This document shows, piece after piece, positions 38,403 to 51,046 of a DNA stretch of 64,000 nucleotides (position 1 is its first letter; each line of letters starts with the position of its first letter). The stretch spans positions 72,356,001 through 72,420,000 of the forward strand of contig NW_024704743.1 in the NCBI RefSeq assembly GCF_018977255.1. Reading direction: 5' to 3'. The DNA comes from Callorhinchus milii (taxonomy: Eukaryota). Position numbers and translations under genes: made by a program. The notes under the pieces are model-generated. The model had not been told where the DNA came from. It worked only from the letters and a program-made list of their open reading frames with translations, and did no database searches.

Positions 38403-40280
38403 CATAACATCAATTATAGTTTGCAAGAGTCTGAAAAGATGTGTAACTATTTATATTGTTAAGTAAATGTCTATTATTTTACAATACAAAAAGTTATAGA
38501 TCTTTGTTGAGTTTGTGAGACTTACACATCAGAGCATAACAGTATAGATGGTGCATTCAGCAAGAATTTAACCAGTTGCCACTCTTTCATTTAACTAGTC
38601 CTAGCAACTGGAAATCCCTGCCTCAATCCCACCATCTTGCCCCTTCTTAGCCCAAGACATCTGGCTGAACAAAAGCATCACTTTTGTTCATGTTCAGCAC
38701 AAGGAAACCAGTGCAAAATAAACTGTGAGGAGAAGAACCAGTTTGCCAGTTGAGCAACTCAACACAAACAGCAAAAGTAAAGTTGGATCCCAATTCTACC
38801 AGTCACCCTTATAAGCAGCAGATTTTTGTAAATGCAATACATGATATTATTAGCAGCAAAATTAGTCATTGATACCACCATGAGCCTTAATGGAAATGTC
38901 ATACCACTGAAGTTAGTCATAGGATCCACTGGTGTTCATATCATAGGATGTAAAGACCATGAGAACATAGAACATAGAAAATAAGACAAAATTGAAGCCT
39001 GCATCAATTAAACAATCAATTAAAAGCATCTATTTGTAGTAATATTGCCCATTGTATGTTGACAGTGAAATACAAAACACAGGAATGAAATATATTGGAT
39101 TTTTTTTACGTCAATTAATATTCAACTTACAGGATACAAGGAATCTGAAGCAATACATTTGGCAAGTAAGTGTTGACTCTAGGTACTGTTGAAACATTTA
39201 CACTAGAGGGAAACAGAGAAAACCCAGTTCAGACTTTGAGATGAATAAAGTTATAGTTCAAAATTTTTGGGTTTTTGCATGCAGAACATAACATCAAATT
39301 GTGAGACAATGCGTGCCCAGTAATTGAACCTTGTACCATTTGCCCTGACAGATAAAAGCAAAATGCAATGAAATGGGTGAAATAATTAGGGGTGAGTACA
39401 ACAGCAAAAACTACTTGCATTTATTATTTTTATTATATTATTATTTACATAATGACCTTCACTCAAGTAGCATCTCACTTAACAGCAGTGTCTTTTGACG
39501 CTGAGCTGGAAAGAGAGAGAGGATGTGACCAAAGGCAAGATTGAAGAGGAAAGTCTTCAGGTGTGATATGGAAATGTGCAAAGAAGGGGCAAGAATGTTG
39601 GGATTGAGGCAAAGAGTTCCAGCGATTTAGGGCAAGTAGCGGAAAGAACAGCCACCAATGGTGGTGTGGAGCAGGATGTGCAGAAAATTTGAGGCAAATG
39701 AGCGAGCAGGGCAGGTAGATTCTAACAGTTAATAAACCCACTGAGTGCATTAACTCACCAGTGATTATCCAGGCTGATACTTTAATAGCAGTACTGGGAG
39801 AGTGCTCTTGTTGGAGGTTTCATCACTTGAATGAGAATTTAAACCAAGGTCCAGGCAGTTGTTAAAGAATATGAGGAGAAAGCATGAAAATGGATTCAGA
39901 CGAGGTGGGCCAATGTGGAGAAAAACATAAGCAGACTTAGAACGTGCCAAATGATCTGTTGTTGTACTGTCAGAATCTATGATGCTTTTAACCAAATGGA
40001 CAGAAAAATGTGTCATCATGATCTAACTCATCTGAATAAGACTGTACCTGAGAGAACATTAAAGATTAGCTTTGCACAGATAAACAATGTCAGGGTCTCT
40101 TGGAGAGGAAGTGTTTCCATCCCTTAGAAGGAGCCACATCAGTGAAAGGCTTGAGGAACTGGGCCTGTCCACGTCGGAGCAAAGGGGAACCTTGTTGAGA
40201 TCTTCAAAATCCTGCAAGAAATCAATGTAATGATAAATGGCAAAATATTGATCATTAATACAGTATACAACAACATACAG

Positions 40281-40620
40281 GTATCAGCCTGGCTGCAAGT
40301 CAAGACTTTGAACTCACACTCTAGGCAGACACTCCAGCGCTGTGCTGCGGGGATTCTTCTTGAGTAGCACTGTTTTTCGGATGAGATGTTAAACTAAGGT
40401 CCTGCCTGCCTGTTCTGGTGGACCTTAAAGATCCCATGGCACTATTAAAAAAGAGGAGGGAGTCCTGGCCATTAATCCCCTATATAAAATTGGTCACTCA
40501 CTTCATGGCTGTTTATGGGACATTGCTCTGCACAAATTGGCTGCCGCACTCGCCTACAACTACACAGTTATTACTGTGATTCCTGTGAAGTGCTTTAAGG
40601 CATCTGTAAGGATTATTATT
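40281..40620 (+). mobile_element. Older DeuSINE
   Basis: ttcggatgagatgttaaac...ggtggaccttaaagatcccatggcacta Deu domain followed by the tail. Confidence 0.82.
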
Positions 40621-41289
40621 ACTATATGCTACTGCATCATTTACACATTGTTCAGCACTGACATAAGCATGGCTAAAATCAATGTTTCAGGGATTTATTT
40701 AGCAAAGTGATGTCATACTCTGGAGAGCACTAGAAAGAACAATCGAAAGTTTGTCAAAGACAAGGGTGTGTTCATTGCAGTTGAACTCACTTTAAAAGCA
40801 AACCTGGCCACAAAACATGGCATGAAATCTGACAGCAAGGAAACTTGAAGGAATGTTTAATTCAGACAGACATAAAATTAATAATTTGCCACAAAAAATC
40901 CCCAAAACATCATGAAAAAATGAATGACATCAGAAGGTACATTCCTGGGGCAGCTTTCAGATCAGTATCTAAATTAAAACTGCTGGAGGAAGAGAAAACA
41001 CCCAGAATTTATGGTTAAGTTGGCAAGAAAATGGGTTAAGGGAGAATAATGATCATACTGTGCTTTTGTAATTTACGTACTTCATCACTTATATAAATAA
41101 AGATGACTGATATAATGTGGGAGTCGGTGGGAAAACATGTGTTAATTGTACACTCTAAATTTCTGTGAGCATTTTACACCTGATTATTGGAAATATGATG
41201 AGCCTGTGAAAACTATCAAAATAGTATAATTTTCAGTGGGTTTAGGGAGGGTTATCTCTCTTGTTGTGGCCGCTCACTTCCCTCTTAAT

Positions 41290-41580
41290 CGTCAAAAATG
41301 TTCAGATGCTCCTTAAGGCTAAAGTATAAACATTCATGCTTTGGGGAAATTCTGGATTACTGGACTTAGAGAGGAACTCCTAGGGTTTAAGAGTAAAGTT
41401 TTCAAAGGCAGCAGAATTGTAATTCCTCACAGTCTCCGTGAGAAAAAGGTAGAGAAAATTCACATGGGGTGAGTTGGTTTAGAGAAGGCAAGTGAAAAGG
41501 CCCATGAGGCTAGGTATTGAACCAGAATAGAAACAATGTAGTGACGTAGAGTGAAACCTGTCTTCAACAACTGCTCAAGG
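41290..41580 (+). pseudogene. Ty3/Gypsy pol remnant (connection and integrase zinc-binding region)
   Basis: From 41368: REELLGFKSKVFKGSRIVIPHSLREKKVEKIHMG*VGLEKASEKAHEARY*, matching the Gypsy KG.RIVIP..LR......H.GH.G..K...RAR...YW signature. Confidence 0.72.
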
Positions 41581-41852
41581 CACTGGGTCAAAGTGGCCTT
41601 TATGTAAGGGTGGTCTCTGAGTAAAGGTTCACTGGGTGTGAACCAGGCTGTCCGGGCTGTTCTACAACAACAACAAAATTACATTTATAGAGTGCCTTTC
41701 ACCTCGGGAGGATGTCCCAAGGCGCTGAGGTTCTACGATTCTATGTCAAATAGCTTACTTACATCTATATCAGCTATACCTCTCAACACAAACATATCTT
41801 CATATGTCATCATTCAAAGTCCATTTTTTTCACATCAATGCAATACATGGTA

Positions 41853-42163
41853 ATAATAATAATAATCCTTGCATTTGATATAGTGCTTTTCACGTCTTCT
41901 AGACGTCTCAAAGTGCTACAGAATACAGTATAAAGTGAGTTGACTGTATATTTGTGGGCGAAATGTGGCAGTCAATTGTGCACAGCAGTGTTCCACAAAC
42001 AGTCGTGGATTGAAAGTGACCAATTTATTATTGCTTTATTTTTTGGAGGGATTATTATTAGAAGTGTGGAGTAAGGAAACTTGCCCAAGGTATTGCCCTG
42101 CCTGGAATTGAGGTCTCTCGCTTGCAAGGCAAATGCTCTAACCACTGAGCTACAGGACTCCAC
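41853..42163 (-). mobile_element. Full-length tRNA-Deu SINE
   Basis: Reverse complement begins gtggagtcctgtagctcagtggttagagc; (AAT)n tail. Confidence 0.92.
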
Positions 42164-42889
42164 GTACCAAATAATTAAATAAATTACTACAATTGTTAGG
42201 ATTGTGACAGTGATTACCTTAACTTATTTTTGAGTGAGTGACTGTGAACACTTATTGATTAGTTGAAGACAGCTCCTACACTTTGATATATTGAGCACAG
42301 GGAGTCTCATTTTGATCCAAATAGTTGAGATTAGATTTAGCTGTACTTCGAGTCATGGAGAATGATGTATGTCATGTCAATGAGAGCCGCACTGTACTGC
42401 GTTCATACGCTTTTTTTTCATTTTAGAACCTTATACATAATTTTGAGCTTTTATGAATCATTTTTTGAAACAACTTCACAGATATTATGGGTGAGGTAAT
42501 GTTCAGGTTGCTAATGCTAGAACTACAGTTTACCACTGAGGTAAATGGTGTCCTATATCCGGATACCTCATGTACATGTGGGCAACTAAAACGTCTTTGC
42601 CAATTTTGCAGCTGCATCTCACATTGGAGCTGAATGTAGATAAGCAGTTATACAGTTCGTCAGTGTACAGATCGAGTCCAATCCAATTTACATTCATGTC
42701 AGGAAAACATTCAGCCAGGCTGGAGTTGAGGGAGTGCCTGAAAACACAGTCAAAGAAGTAAGCCTTGAGCTGGACTTTGAAAACAGTGACTCCTGGATGC
42801 TATGTATCCTTCTGTATTTAGCACTCGTGAAGCAGGTGAGATCTGCATAGATTCAATGGACCAAATTGCATCTTTCTATGCCTCTAGCT

Positions 42890-45202
42890 CAGGGGTGGGC
42901 AAAATATGGCCCGTGGGCCATATCCGGCCCGCCAAATGATTCTATCCGGCTTGTCATTGTGTCTAGCAATAGAAAAAATTATAGTTCGTTCAGTCCCAGG
43001 AAGTCGCGCAAATTTTGCATTTGAATCAAACCGGGGATATCAGCCAATCACATGGCTTAGTTGTGTGCATGCTCCCTTAAGGGTTGAATTAAGCTGACGT
43101 CAGAAATGCATTGATCGGCAAATTTTCAAACCCGCGCGCGGCAACCGCGGCAATACTTTTCACTGAAGAGAATGTTAATTCAAAATGAGTTTATCAAAGA
43201 AGCGGAAAGTGGATGCTGAAGGCCGAATATTCAACAAAGAATGGACTTCTAAATATTTTTTTACCAGTGTGGTTGGAAAAGCTGTGTGCTTAATTTGCAA
43301 TGAATGTGTGGCAGTGCTCAAACACTACAACTTGAATCGTCATTTTGAAAATAAACACGCTTGCAAATATAAGAATGTTTCTGCCAAAGAAAAAGGAAAG
43401 AAAGCTGATGAGATGGTTGTTCGAATGCAAAAAGAGCAAAGCATTTTCACAAAACAATTTGCGTCCCAGGTTGAGATTACAAGAGTGAGTTACCTGATTG
43501 CACACAAAATCGTCAAGAACAGCAAACTATTGCCTCGATTTTATGCCCAGACAAGAAAAACCAGTTCGAGAACATTAGTTTGTCAAGACGAACTATTGTG
43601 AGACATGTCGAGGATATCTCTGAGAACCTGTATCAGCAGTTACAAAATAAAGTAAGCAATTTTGCATGTTTTTCACTGGCACTCGATGAGAGTTGTGATG
43701 TCAAAGACACAGCCCAGTTGATAATTTTAATTTGAGGTATCACCAAACATTTTGAGCTCACAGAAGAATTGGCATCAATGCAGTCAATGAAAGATACGAC
43801 AACTGTAGACGACCTTTTGGAGGCAGTAAATAAGTGTATCTTAAAATTAGGAGTGGAATGAAAAAATTTGTTGAATGTAACTACCGACGGAAGCTCAAAT
43901 CTGACAGGCAAAAATATTGGGTTACTGAAAAGAATTCAAGATCAAGTCAAAGAAACAAAAAATCCAGAACAGAATATTGTTTTACTACACTGCATTATCC
44001 ACCAAGAGGTCCTCTGTAAGAGTGTTCTAAAAGTAAGCAATGTTGTGGACACAGTTACGAAAATGGTCAACTACATTCGAGCAAGAGGATTAAACCATAG
44101 GTAATTTGTAACTCGGCTTGAGGAATTGGAATCTGAGCACATGGATGTTCTGTATCACATGAATGTAAGATGGGTTAGTTTAGGAAAGGTCTTGAAAAGA
44201 GTGTGGGAACTGAGAACAGAGATTGGTTTATTTTGGGGCATGAAACAAAAAGATTCAGATTTCCCATAGCTGAATGGTGCAAATTGGCTCTCTGATTTCG
44301 CATTTGCCATTGATATCATGGTCCACATGAATGAACTGAATTCAAAACTGCAAAGGAAGGGGGCCTTTCTGCACAATTTGCAGTGTCAAGTCATTTATGA
44401 TGAAATTATTTATTTTATCGCGTCAGATAGGAAACAGGCTGTTCGCTCACTTTCCAACTTTGCAGCAGATTACTGTTTGCGATCAAAGCCTTAAAAAGTA
44501 TATTTCGTCACTACTTGACTTACATGCTGAATTTTCTCGCCGATTCCAGGATTTCAATTTGATCGCAAATGACCTGTCTTTGGTCTCTTCACCTTTCTTA
44601 TTTGATGTTGACAAAGCCACATTTGACCTCCAACTTGAACTTATTGACCTGCAATGTGATCCATTGCTTGCGGAGCAATTCAAATCAGTACGCTTCCCAG
44701 TTTTTACGCTTCTCTTAATGAATATACCTTTCCAAAAATAAAGGCTCATATCCGGAGGATGTTTGTGCTATTTGGATCAACATACATATGCGAAGAGACA
44801 TTTTCTGTGATGAAATTCAAAAAATCAAAACATAGAGCTGTGATGACTGATGACCACCTTGCAGCAGTACTCCACATTGCAACAAAGGAGACGATGCCTG
44901 ACTTCAATTGTTTGGGTAACGCACATCTTCACTTTCATTCTTCCCATTGAATGAGCTTCTACATTCTCATCAATATGTGAATAAATTAATAAATATTGAA
45001 TAAATGTCTGCTCAATGAGTTGCTTTTATTTAACCTAATTTTGATGAATGTCAATTATATAGATTTTATTTTATGCATATACAAGTGTAAGACTTGATTT
45101 TGAGCTATTATTAAGCAATTGCATCTATATTAAGTGTGTGGCCGGTGAAGCTTACCAAAACTTGTGAAGTGGCCCACCAGCCAAAATAATTGCCCACCCC
45201 TG
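42890..45202 (+). mobile_element. Complete hAT DNA transposon, Buster/SPIN/Charlie group, 2313 bp
   Basis: 13-bp TIRs caggggtgggcaa / ttgcccacccctg; perfect 8-bp TSD ctctagct (42882-42889, 45203-45210) with central TA; subterminal ggccc motifs. Confidence 0.96.
43185..44950 (+). pseudogene. Disabled hAT transposase (GTF2IRD2/SPIN-like)
   Basis: BED finger CLIC...NLNRHFENKH; catalytic LALDES and VTTDG; HCIIHQEVLC; VRW; FGSTYICEETFSVMK. Frameshifts near 43530, 44380 and 44690 and four in-frame stops. Confidence 0.94.
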
Positions 45203-45732
45203 CTCTAGCTTCTATCATTGTATGATCCCATCACTGTAGCAATAACTAGCAGGAAAGTGTTTCAAACCAACCTGCTCTCTTGTCAGCCCTTGATGAGGAG
45301 ACCCACACTGAAGTGAGCTGCATAACACAAACACAAATTACTCTTAGGAAAGCCAAGAGGGAAAGATAAATTATACATAACAGAATCATGATTGATATAG
45401 AATTCTTTTAGAAAAAAAAGGCAACAGACCAGATAGTACTATTTGACGAATAGACTAAAATCTGAAGTTATCTGTAACTTTTCCGTTAAAAAATAACATT
45501 TTACAGTAGAGCGGATTTAAAACACACAAGCTCACAATTGATTCCTTTGCAGAGATTGCAGAAAAAGATCTTTCCAGATAAAATGTATCACTTCTGAAGT
45601 TCTCAGGTCCTTGGTTGACCATTAGTTTTGAATGTCAAAGATCAGCAAATCTCAATAACTGCAGCTGGTGACCGACCCCTGTGCTACAAAATATATACAG
45701 GAGCACCAACTCAAAAGCAGCTAATATATAAA

Positions 45733-45876
45733 AATAATAATAATAATAATCCTTGCATTTGATACAGCACTTTGGTGGATTGAAAATGACCAATTTATTA
45801 TTGTTTTGTTTTGGAGGGATTATTATTAGGCGTGTGAAGTAAGGAAATTTGCCCAAGGTTTTGCTCTGCCTGGAAA
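45733..45876 (-). mobile_element. Internally deleted, 5'-truncated tRNA-Deu SINE
   Basis: Tail joined directly to the gattgaaaatgaccaattt...ttgcccaagg segment; the Deu block is missing. Confidence 0.85.
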
Positions 45877-46692
45877 TACTGTATATCTATTAGCTGCTTT
45901 TGAATTGATGCTTCTACTGATGATTTTAGGTCATTGCTTATAAAATGTTAAATTTAATTAAAAGTCGCTCACAGCCTTCAATTGTAAATTAACTTGGATT
46001 TATAAAGCACACTTCACATAATACGTGAGACAGTAAACAATAAAGAAAGATTTCAAAACTGTTATGTCCTTAGTTTGAGCTGAGCCCTGGATTTTTCGAT
46101 AAGTACCATCAAGTTTTGCCCACAAGCTGCGGTTCTGACCTGAGGTTGGGTGCTCATAGGATAAGAGTGGTCCTGGCATGTTTCCTTTTCTCCATCATCC
46201 AGAAGAAATCACGGTTCTGGTATCCATTTAGATTTGTGTGTGTTTGTGTTGCTGCTAGGGTTGAAGAAACACTCCTCAAGCAGGTGGGAGCATCGCTGAG
46301 GACAGATCTTAAAAAGAATCGGCTTACAAATTAAGACGGATTTTCCACAAATCTGCACAATCTTAAACTTCAAGACAGTCTAGACCTAGGTAGAATTTGG
46401 GGTCTCAAATTTATTCACAAAAGAAGAACCCAGTAAAGTGCCTGCAAAAGCCCTAGAGTACCAAATGTGGCACTGCCTCTCATGTCTCTGCATCTATGCC
46501 ACTTAATCACTACTGTTTTTAAAGTAATTTAACCTGAACTGTTCACTTTTCTGAGCATGAATCCTTATCCCCTTGTTCCAGAAATGGCAAATCTGGCCTT
46601 TAGCATCATTGCTCCAAATGCTGTTAAGTCCAGTGTTGCAGGTGGACGAATGCAGTGTGCAGCTGCATAAATTAATTTCTGCTAACATCTGC

Positions 46693-46796
46693 TACCAGTT
46701 CTGATGAAAGCTCATCGACCTGAAACATTAACTCACTTTCCTCTCTCCATATATATTGCCTGACCTGCTGAGTGTTCCTTGTGACTTCTATTTTTT
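46693..46796 (+). mobile_element. Penelope-like pseudo-LTR fragment carrying a degenerate minimal hammerhead ribozyme
   Basis: agtt-CTGATGA-aagctcatcgacct-GAAAC-att-aact core; downstream sequence similar to 17320-17405; flanked by a perfect 18-bp direct repeat atttctgctaacatctgc. Confidence 0.68.
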
Positions 46797-47724
46797 ATTT
46801 CTGCTAACATCTGCCCATCCTGTTAACCTATGTAGGTAATATTACCACACAGTGACAAGAGGAAATATCTGGTCCAGCTACTTTTAATTGGTTCAGGTCC
46901 AGCTAATTGAATGGAACAAATTTCCAGAGGCTTATACTAAGTCTTTTTATTTTAATATTATGAATGTTCATCATTATTCTTGATTTGGTAACGTGTGGTG
47001 TTAGGGGAGTGCAGTCATGCTGTTTCAGAAAGTTAATCTATTAAACTCTCCAGTGGATGCGTTTCAGCACATTAATATCAGGGGATACAAATGAGCCTCT
47101 GCAAACAAGAGGTGCAGTTGATGCCATGCAGAGGCATAAATAGAGGCTTGTGCTGATGGTGTGATTCATACAAATGTGCCTTTCATTCAGATGTACTGCC
47201 TCTCAAAAGAGTAAATCATAACTATAAAAAAATTCTTTTGCAATCAACATCTGATTGAAAACCTTATGCTTTTTGGAATGAATTTGACAAACACGAGCTA
47301 ATGCCATTCCTGGCAAACACATTTGAGGATGCAGCCAAAAGCAATATATCTGTATGTATGCATTTATTTTAAAAGAAAAGAATGCACATTGAGCCACCAA
47401 ATCTGTATAACATATTCAAACCTCTTGATAAACGAAGTCCATATGCTACTTAAATGTATCATTTGTGTGTTTTGAATTGATCATGGATCTTAAACAAATA
47501 TGTTGTTCTACACCTGATCTGACCTCACTAAAAACAAAAACCTCCATCTCACGATCACAAGATTGGTCTGGATGAAGAAAGTCCTTTGGCCCATCTGATC
47601 TCATCCCTCCAGAACACCTACCCTATCAACACTGCATCAAGCTGCTTTTTAAATAAGTCTAGTGTCCTGGCCTCTACTACCTTTCCTGGTGACCTGTTCA
47701 CCTCTATTAACCTCTACGTAACAC

Positions 47725-48125
47725 AGAAATATAGAAATATAGAAACATAGAACAGGAGGACAATTCAGCCCATCAAGCCTACATGACTCACAGAGCAACA
47801 ATATCGCTTCAATCCCCTACCCTTCCTCATCCCCATACTTCTTCAAGCCCCTCTCTTTTATATGTCTACTTCCCTCTTCATGGCTACAATGGAATCCACC
47901 ACCCTACTCAACAAGGTATTCCACATCCCAGCTACTCTCTGGGTGAAAACAATTCTCCTAAGTTTCTTTTTGTGGCAACAACAACAACAACAAGGTTCCA
48001 TTTACAGAGCGCCTTTCACGTCGGGAGGACGTGCCAAGGCAAGCCTGGTTACTGACTCCCCTATCAATTGAAATAACTTCTCTCGATTTATTCTAACAAA
48101 AACCCTCATGATTTGTAAACCTCAA
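47725..48125 (-). mobile_element. CR1 3' end with an inserted L2 tail (about 47977-48040)
   Basis: (atagaaat)n terminal repeat, attccacatccc...actctctgggtgaa block, and an embedded (CAA)n...cacgtcgggaggacgt tail. Confidence 0.7.
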
Positions 48126-48129
48126 ACTC

Positions 48130-48548
48130 TCTAGAGTACAGAAGAATTAGGGGAGATCTTATTGAAACATATAAGAATATTAAAGAGCTGGATAAAGTAG
48201 ACACTGAGGGTCTGCTTCCCCTGGTAGGAAAATCTATAACCAGGGGTCACAGTCTTAAAATTAAGGGTCAGCCTTTTAGAACAGAGTTGAGGAAACATTT
48301 CTTCACTCAGAGGGTAGTGAATTTATGGAATTCACTACCCCAGAAGGCTGTAGATGCTCAGTCCTTGAACATCTTCAAGGCTGAGACTGATAGATTTTTA
48401 AAAAATAGAGGGATCAGGGGATATGGGGATAGGGCAGGTAATTAGAGTTAGGTCTGAAGATCAGCCATGATCTTATCGAATGGCAGGGCAGGCTCGAGGG
48501 GCCGGATGGCCTACTCCTGCTCCTAATTCTTATGTTCTTATGTTCTTA
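48130..48548 (+). mobile_element. Chondrichthyan-type CR1 3' end (HER1-like)
   Basis: RGDLIETYK...TRGHSLKI...FFTQRVVNLWNSLP; gatcagccatgatc...gatggcctactcctgctcc; (ttcttatg)n tail. Confidence 0.92.
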
Positions 48549-49709
48549 TTTTATGTCCAATTGGCACCTCTCAACCTTCTTTATTCATAAATAAAACCCT
48601 CCTGGTGTCTATCTGGAAAAAATGCCTTTTACACTTTTAAATCCATGTCGTCTTCTACTGTCTTGATGCATCCTAAAGCATTGATCTGGTTTACTTTTTC
48701 AATCGCATTTAAAATTTTGTACACCTCTTATAGGTACCCTTTGAGTCATCTTCCCTCATGACTGAACTGATTTGTCTATTCAACAACAAAATGACATTTG
48801 TAAAGCATCTTTCATGTCGGGAGGTCATCCCAAGGTGCTGAACAGTCAGGGATCAGGATCGGAGCATGGGGTGGGGCGGGCAGGGTTGGAATGGGGTAGG
48901 GCAGAGAGGTAGGAGAGCGGCTGAAGGCACAGTCAAAAAGGAGGATCTTGAGTCGTGCCTTGAAGGAGGAAAAGGAGGGAGCAAGGCAAAGGGATTCTGG
49001 GATGGAGTTCCAAAGGATGGGGGCAGAGAGGCTGAAAGCCTGGTCGCAGATAATAGGGCGGGACGGGCGGGAGACTTGGAGCAGGCCAGAGTCTGCTGAA
49101 TGGAGGGAGCAGACAGGTTGATAGTGGGTTAGCAGGTCAGAGATGTGGGAGGGGGCAAGGCCATGGTGTGCCTTCAAAGTGCGGACAAGGATTTTGAATT
49201 CTATCCTTTGAGGGATGGGGAGCCAGTGGAGTTGGGTGAGGGTGGGGTGATGGGGTCATGGAGCCTGGTGCAAGAGAGGACATAAGCTGCATAGTTCTGG
49301 ATGATCTGCAGCTTTTGGAGGTAAGAGTTGGGGAGCCTGAGAAGGAGGGAGTTTCCGTAGTTGAACCTTGAGGTGATTAATGTGTATGAGGGTCTCTGCA
49401 GCCTGAGTGGTGAGGCAGTGGCGGAGTCAGGCAATGTTTGTTGTCATATATTCAGTTGTCCTGGAATTGAGTGTTGGGGGCAGATAAATAGAGTTGGGTG
49501 TCATCTACATACATGTGGAAGTTGACCCCATGTCTGTAGATGATGTCACCAAGAGGGAGCATGTAGAGGTTGAAGAGGAGGGGACTGAGAACAGAGCCGT
49601 GAGGAACACCACACCAGACTGTGCAGGGGCTGGAAGAGAAACTGTTGGTGGAGACAAATTGGAGATGGTGTGAGAGATAAGACCTGAACAAGTCAAGGAC
49701 AGTAGGGCC

Positions 49710-51046
49710 TTCGATATAGTTCCTCTTGAGAGGATGGTACTGAAAGTAACGAAAGTGGGAATCAATGGAGGTATAGTCCAAAGGATATACAATTGGTTGA
49801 CCAGAAGAACCCAGAGAGCGATGGTACATGGAATGTCATCAGACTGGGAAAATGTTATCAGTGGAGTTCCACAAGGGTCTGTTTCGGGACCTCTCTTGTT
49901 TGATATTTTTATAAATGATCTGGAACAAGGAGTTGCAAGCATAGTGGCTAAGTTTGCAGATGATACCAAGCTAATGAAGGTGGTAGATTGCAAAGTTGAA
50001 CAAGATAGGTTACAGGAGAATTTGGACAGACTTGGGAATTGGGCAGATAGGTGGCAGATGAAATTCAATGTGGAGAAACGAAAATACTTCACATGGAGAC
50101 AAAAACTCCTATTATTTAAACGGAAGCAAAATAATACGTATGGAAAATGAAACTTACCTGGGGGTCCCAATTGACAATAAATTGAAGCTCTCTCAACGAT
50201 GCAATGGAATTGAACCCAGGTGTCTCACCTTGCAAGACTGTTTGTGGGACACTGCTGTGCGCAATTGGCTGCCGCGTTTTGCCCACAAATATATGGTCAA
50301 TTCACTTTATAGTCTATTCTGTGAAGCGTTTTGAGACGTCTAGAAGACGTGAAAAGCACTATATCAAGTGCAAGGATTATTATTATTATTATTATTATTA
50401 ATGCTGTGTAGCAGTGAGTAAAGCAAACCAGACATTGGGATGTATCAAAAGATTAAAGCAAACCGAAATAGTGGGGTAATCCTGCCATTGTATAAATCAT
50501 TGATGAAAACATACTTTGAGTATTATGTACAGTTCTGGTTGCTGCAGTACAAAAAGGATATTGGAGAAATCGAGAAGATACAGAGGAGGGCAACCAAAAT
50601 GATTGAGGGAATGGAGGGACTGGACTATGAGGAGCGACTAAGTAAATTGGGTATGTTCATGCTGGAAAATGGTTGCTGTCTTTAAGATTATAAAGGGGCA
50701 AGACAATTTAGATCAAGACAGGCTTTTTCAACTTGTCCAGAATAGTAAAACCAGAGGACATGTTCTATGAGAAGGGGGTAAATTCAGAAGGAATCTACCA
50801 CACAAACACTATTTCAGTGAGCGAATAATGAACCTGTGGAACAGGCTCCCTAGGGAGATGGTTGACACAGGAATTGTTGATTCTTTCAATCACAGATTAG
50901 ATAGTTTTCTTTTAGGAAATAACATTATGGGATATAGTACATAGGTAGTTTGGGACATATGTGCATGCGACCGCCAGGAAGGTGAAAGATGAACTAGATG
51001 GACCTTGGTCTTTCTCTTGCATTTCTTACGTTCTTATGTTCTTATG
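49710..51046 (+). mobile_element. 5'-truncated CR1 LINE (RT to tail) containing a SINE
   Basis: AFDIVP, SGVPQGSVSGPLLFDIFINDL, FADDTKL, WQMKFNVEK and RRATKMI motifs; ttcttatgttcttatg terminus. Confidence 0.94.
50207..50399 (+). mobile_element. 5'-inverted tRNA-Deu SINE
   Basis: 50207-50235 is the reverse complement of the SINE head segment ttgcaa..gagacacctgggttcaattc; 50236-50399 is the sense 3' half; TSD aatg. Confidence 0.88.

Noticed and set aside
45604..45681. Possible hAT terminus (ggtgaccgacccctg)
   Set aside because: No matching left TIR or 8-bp TSD could be established.
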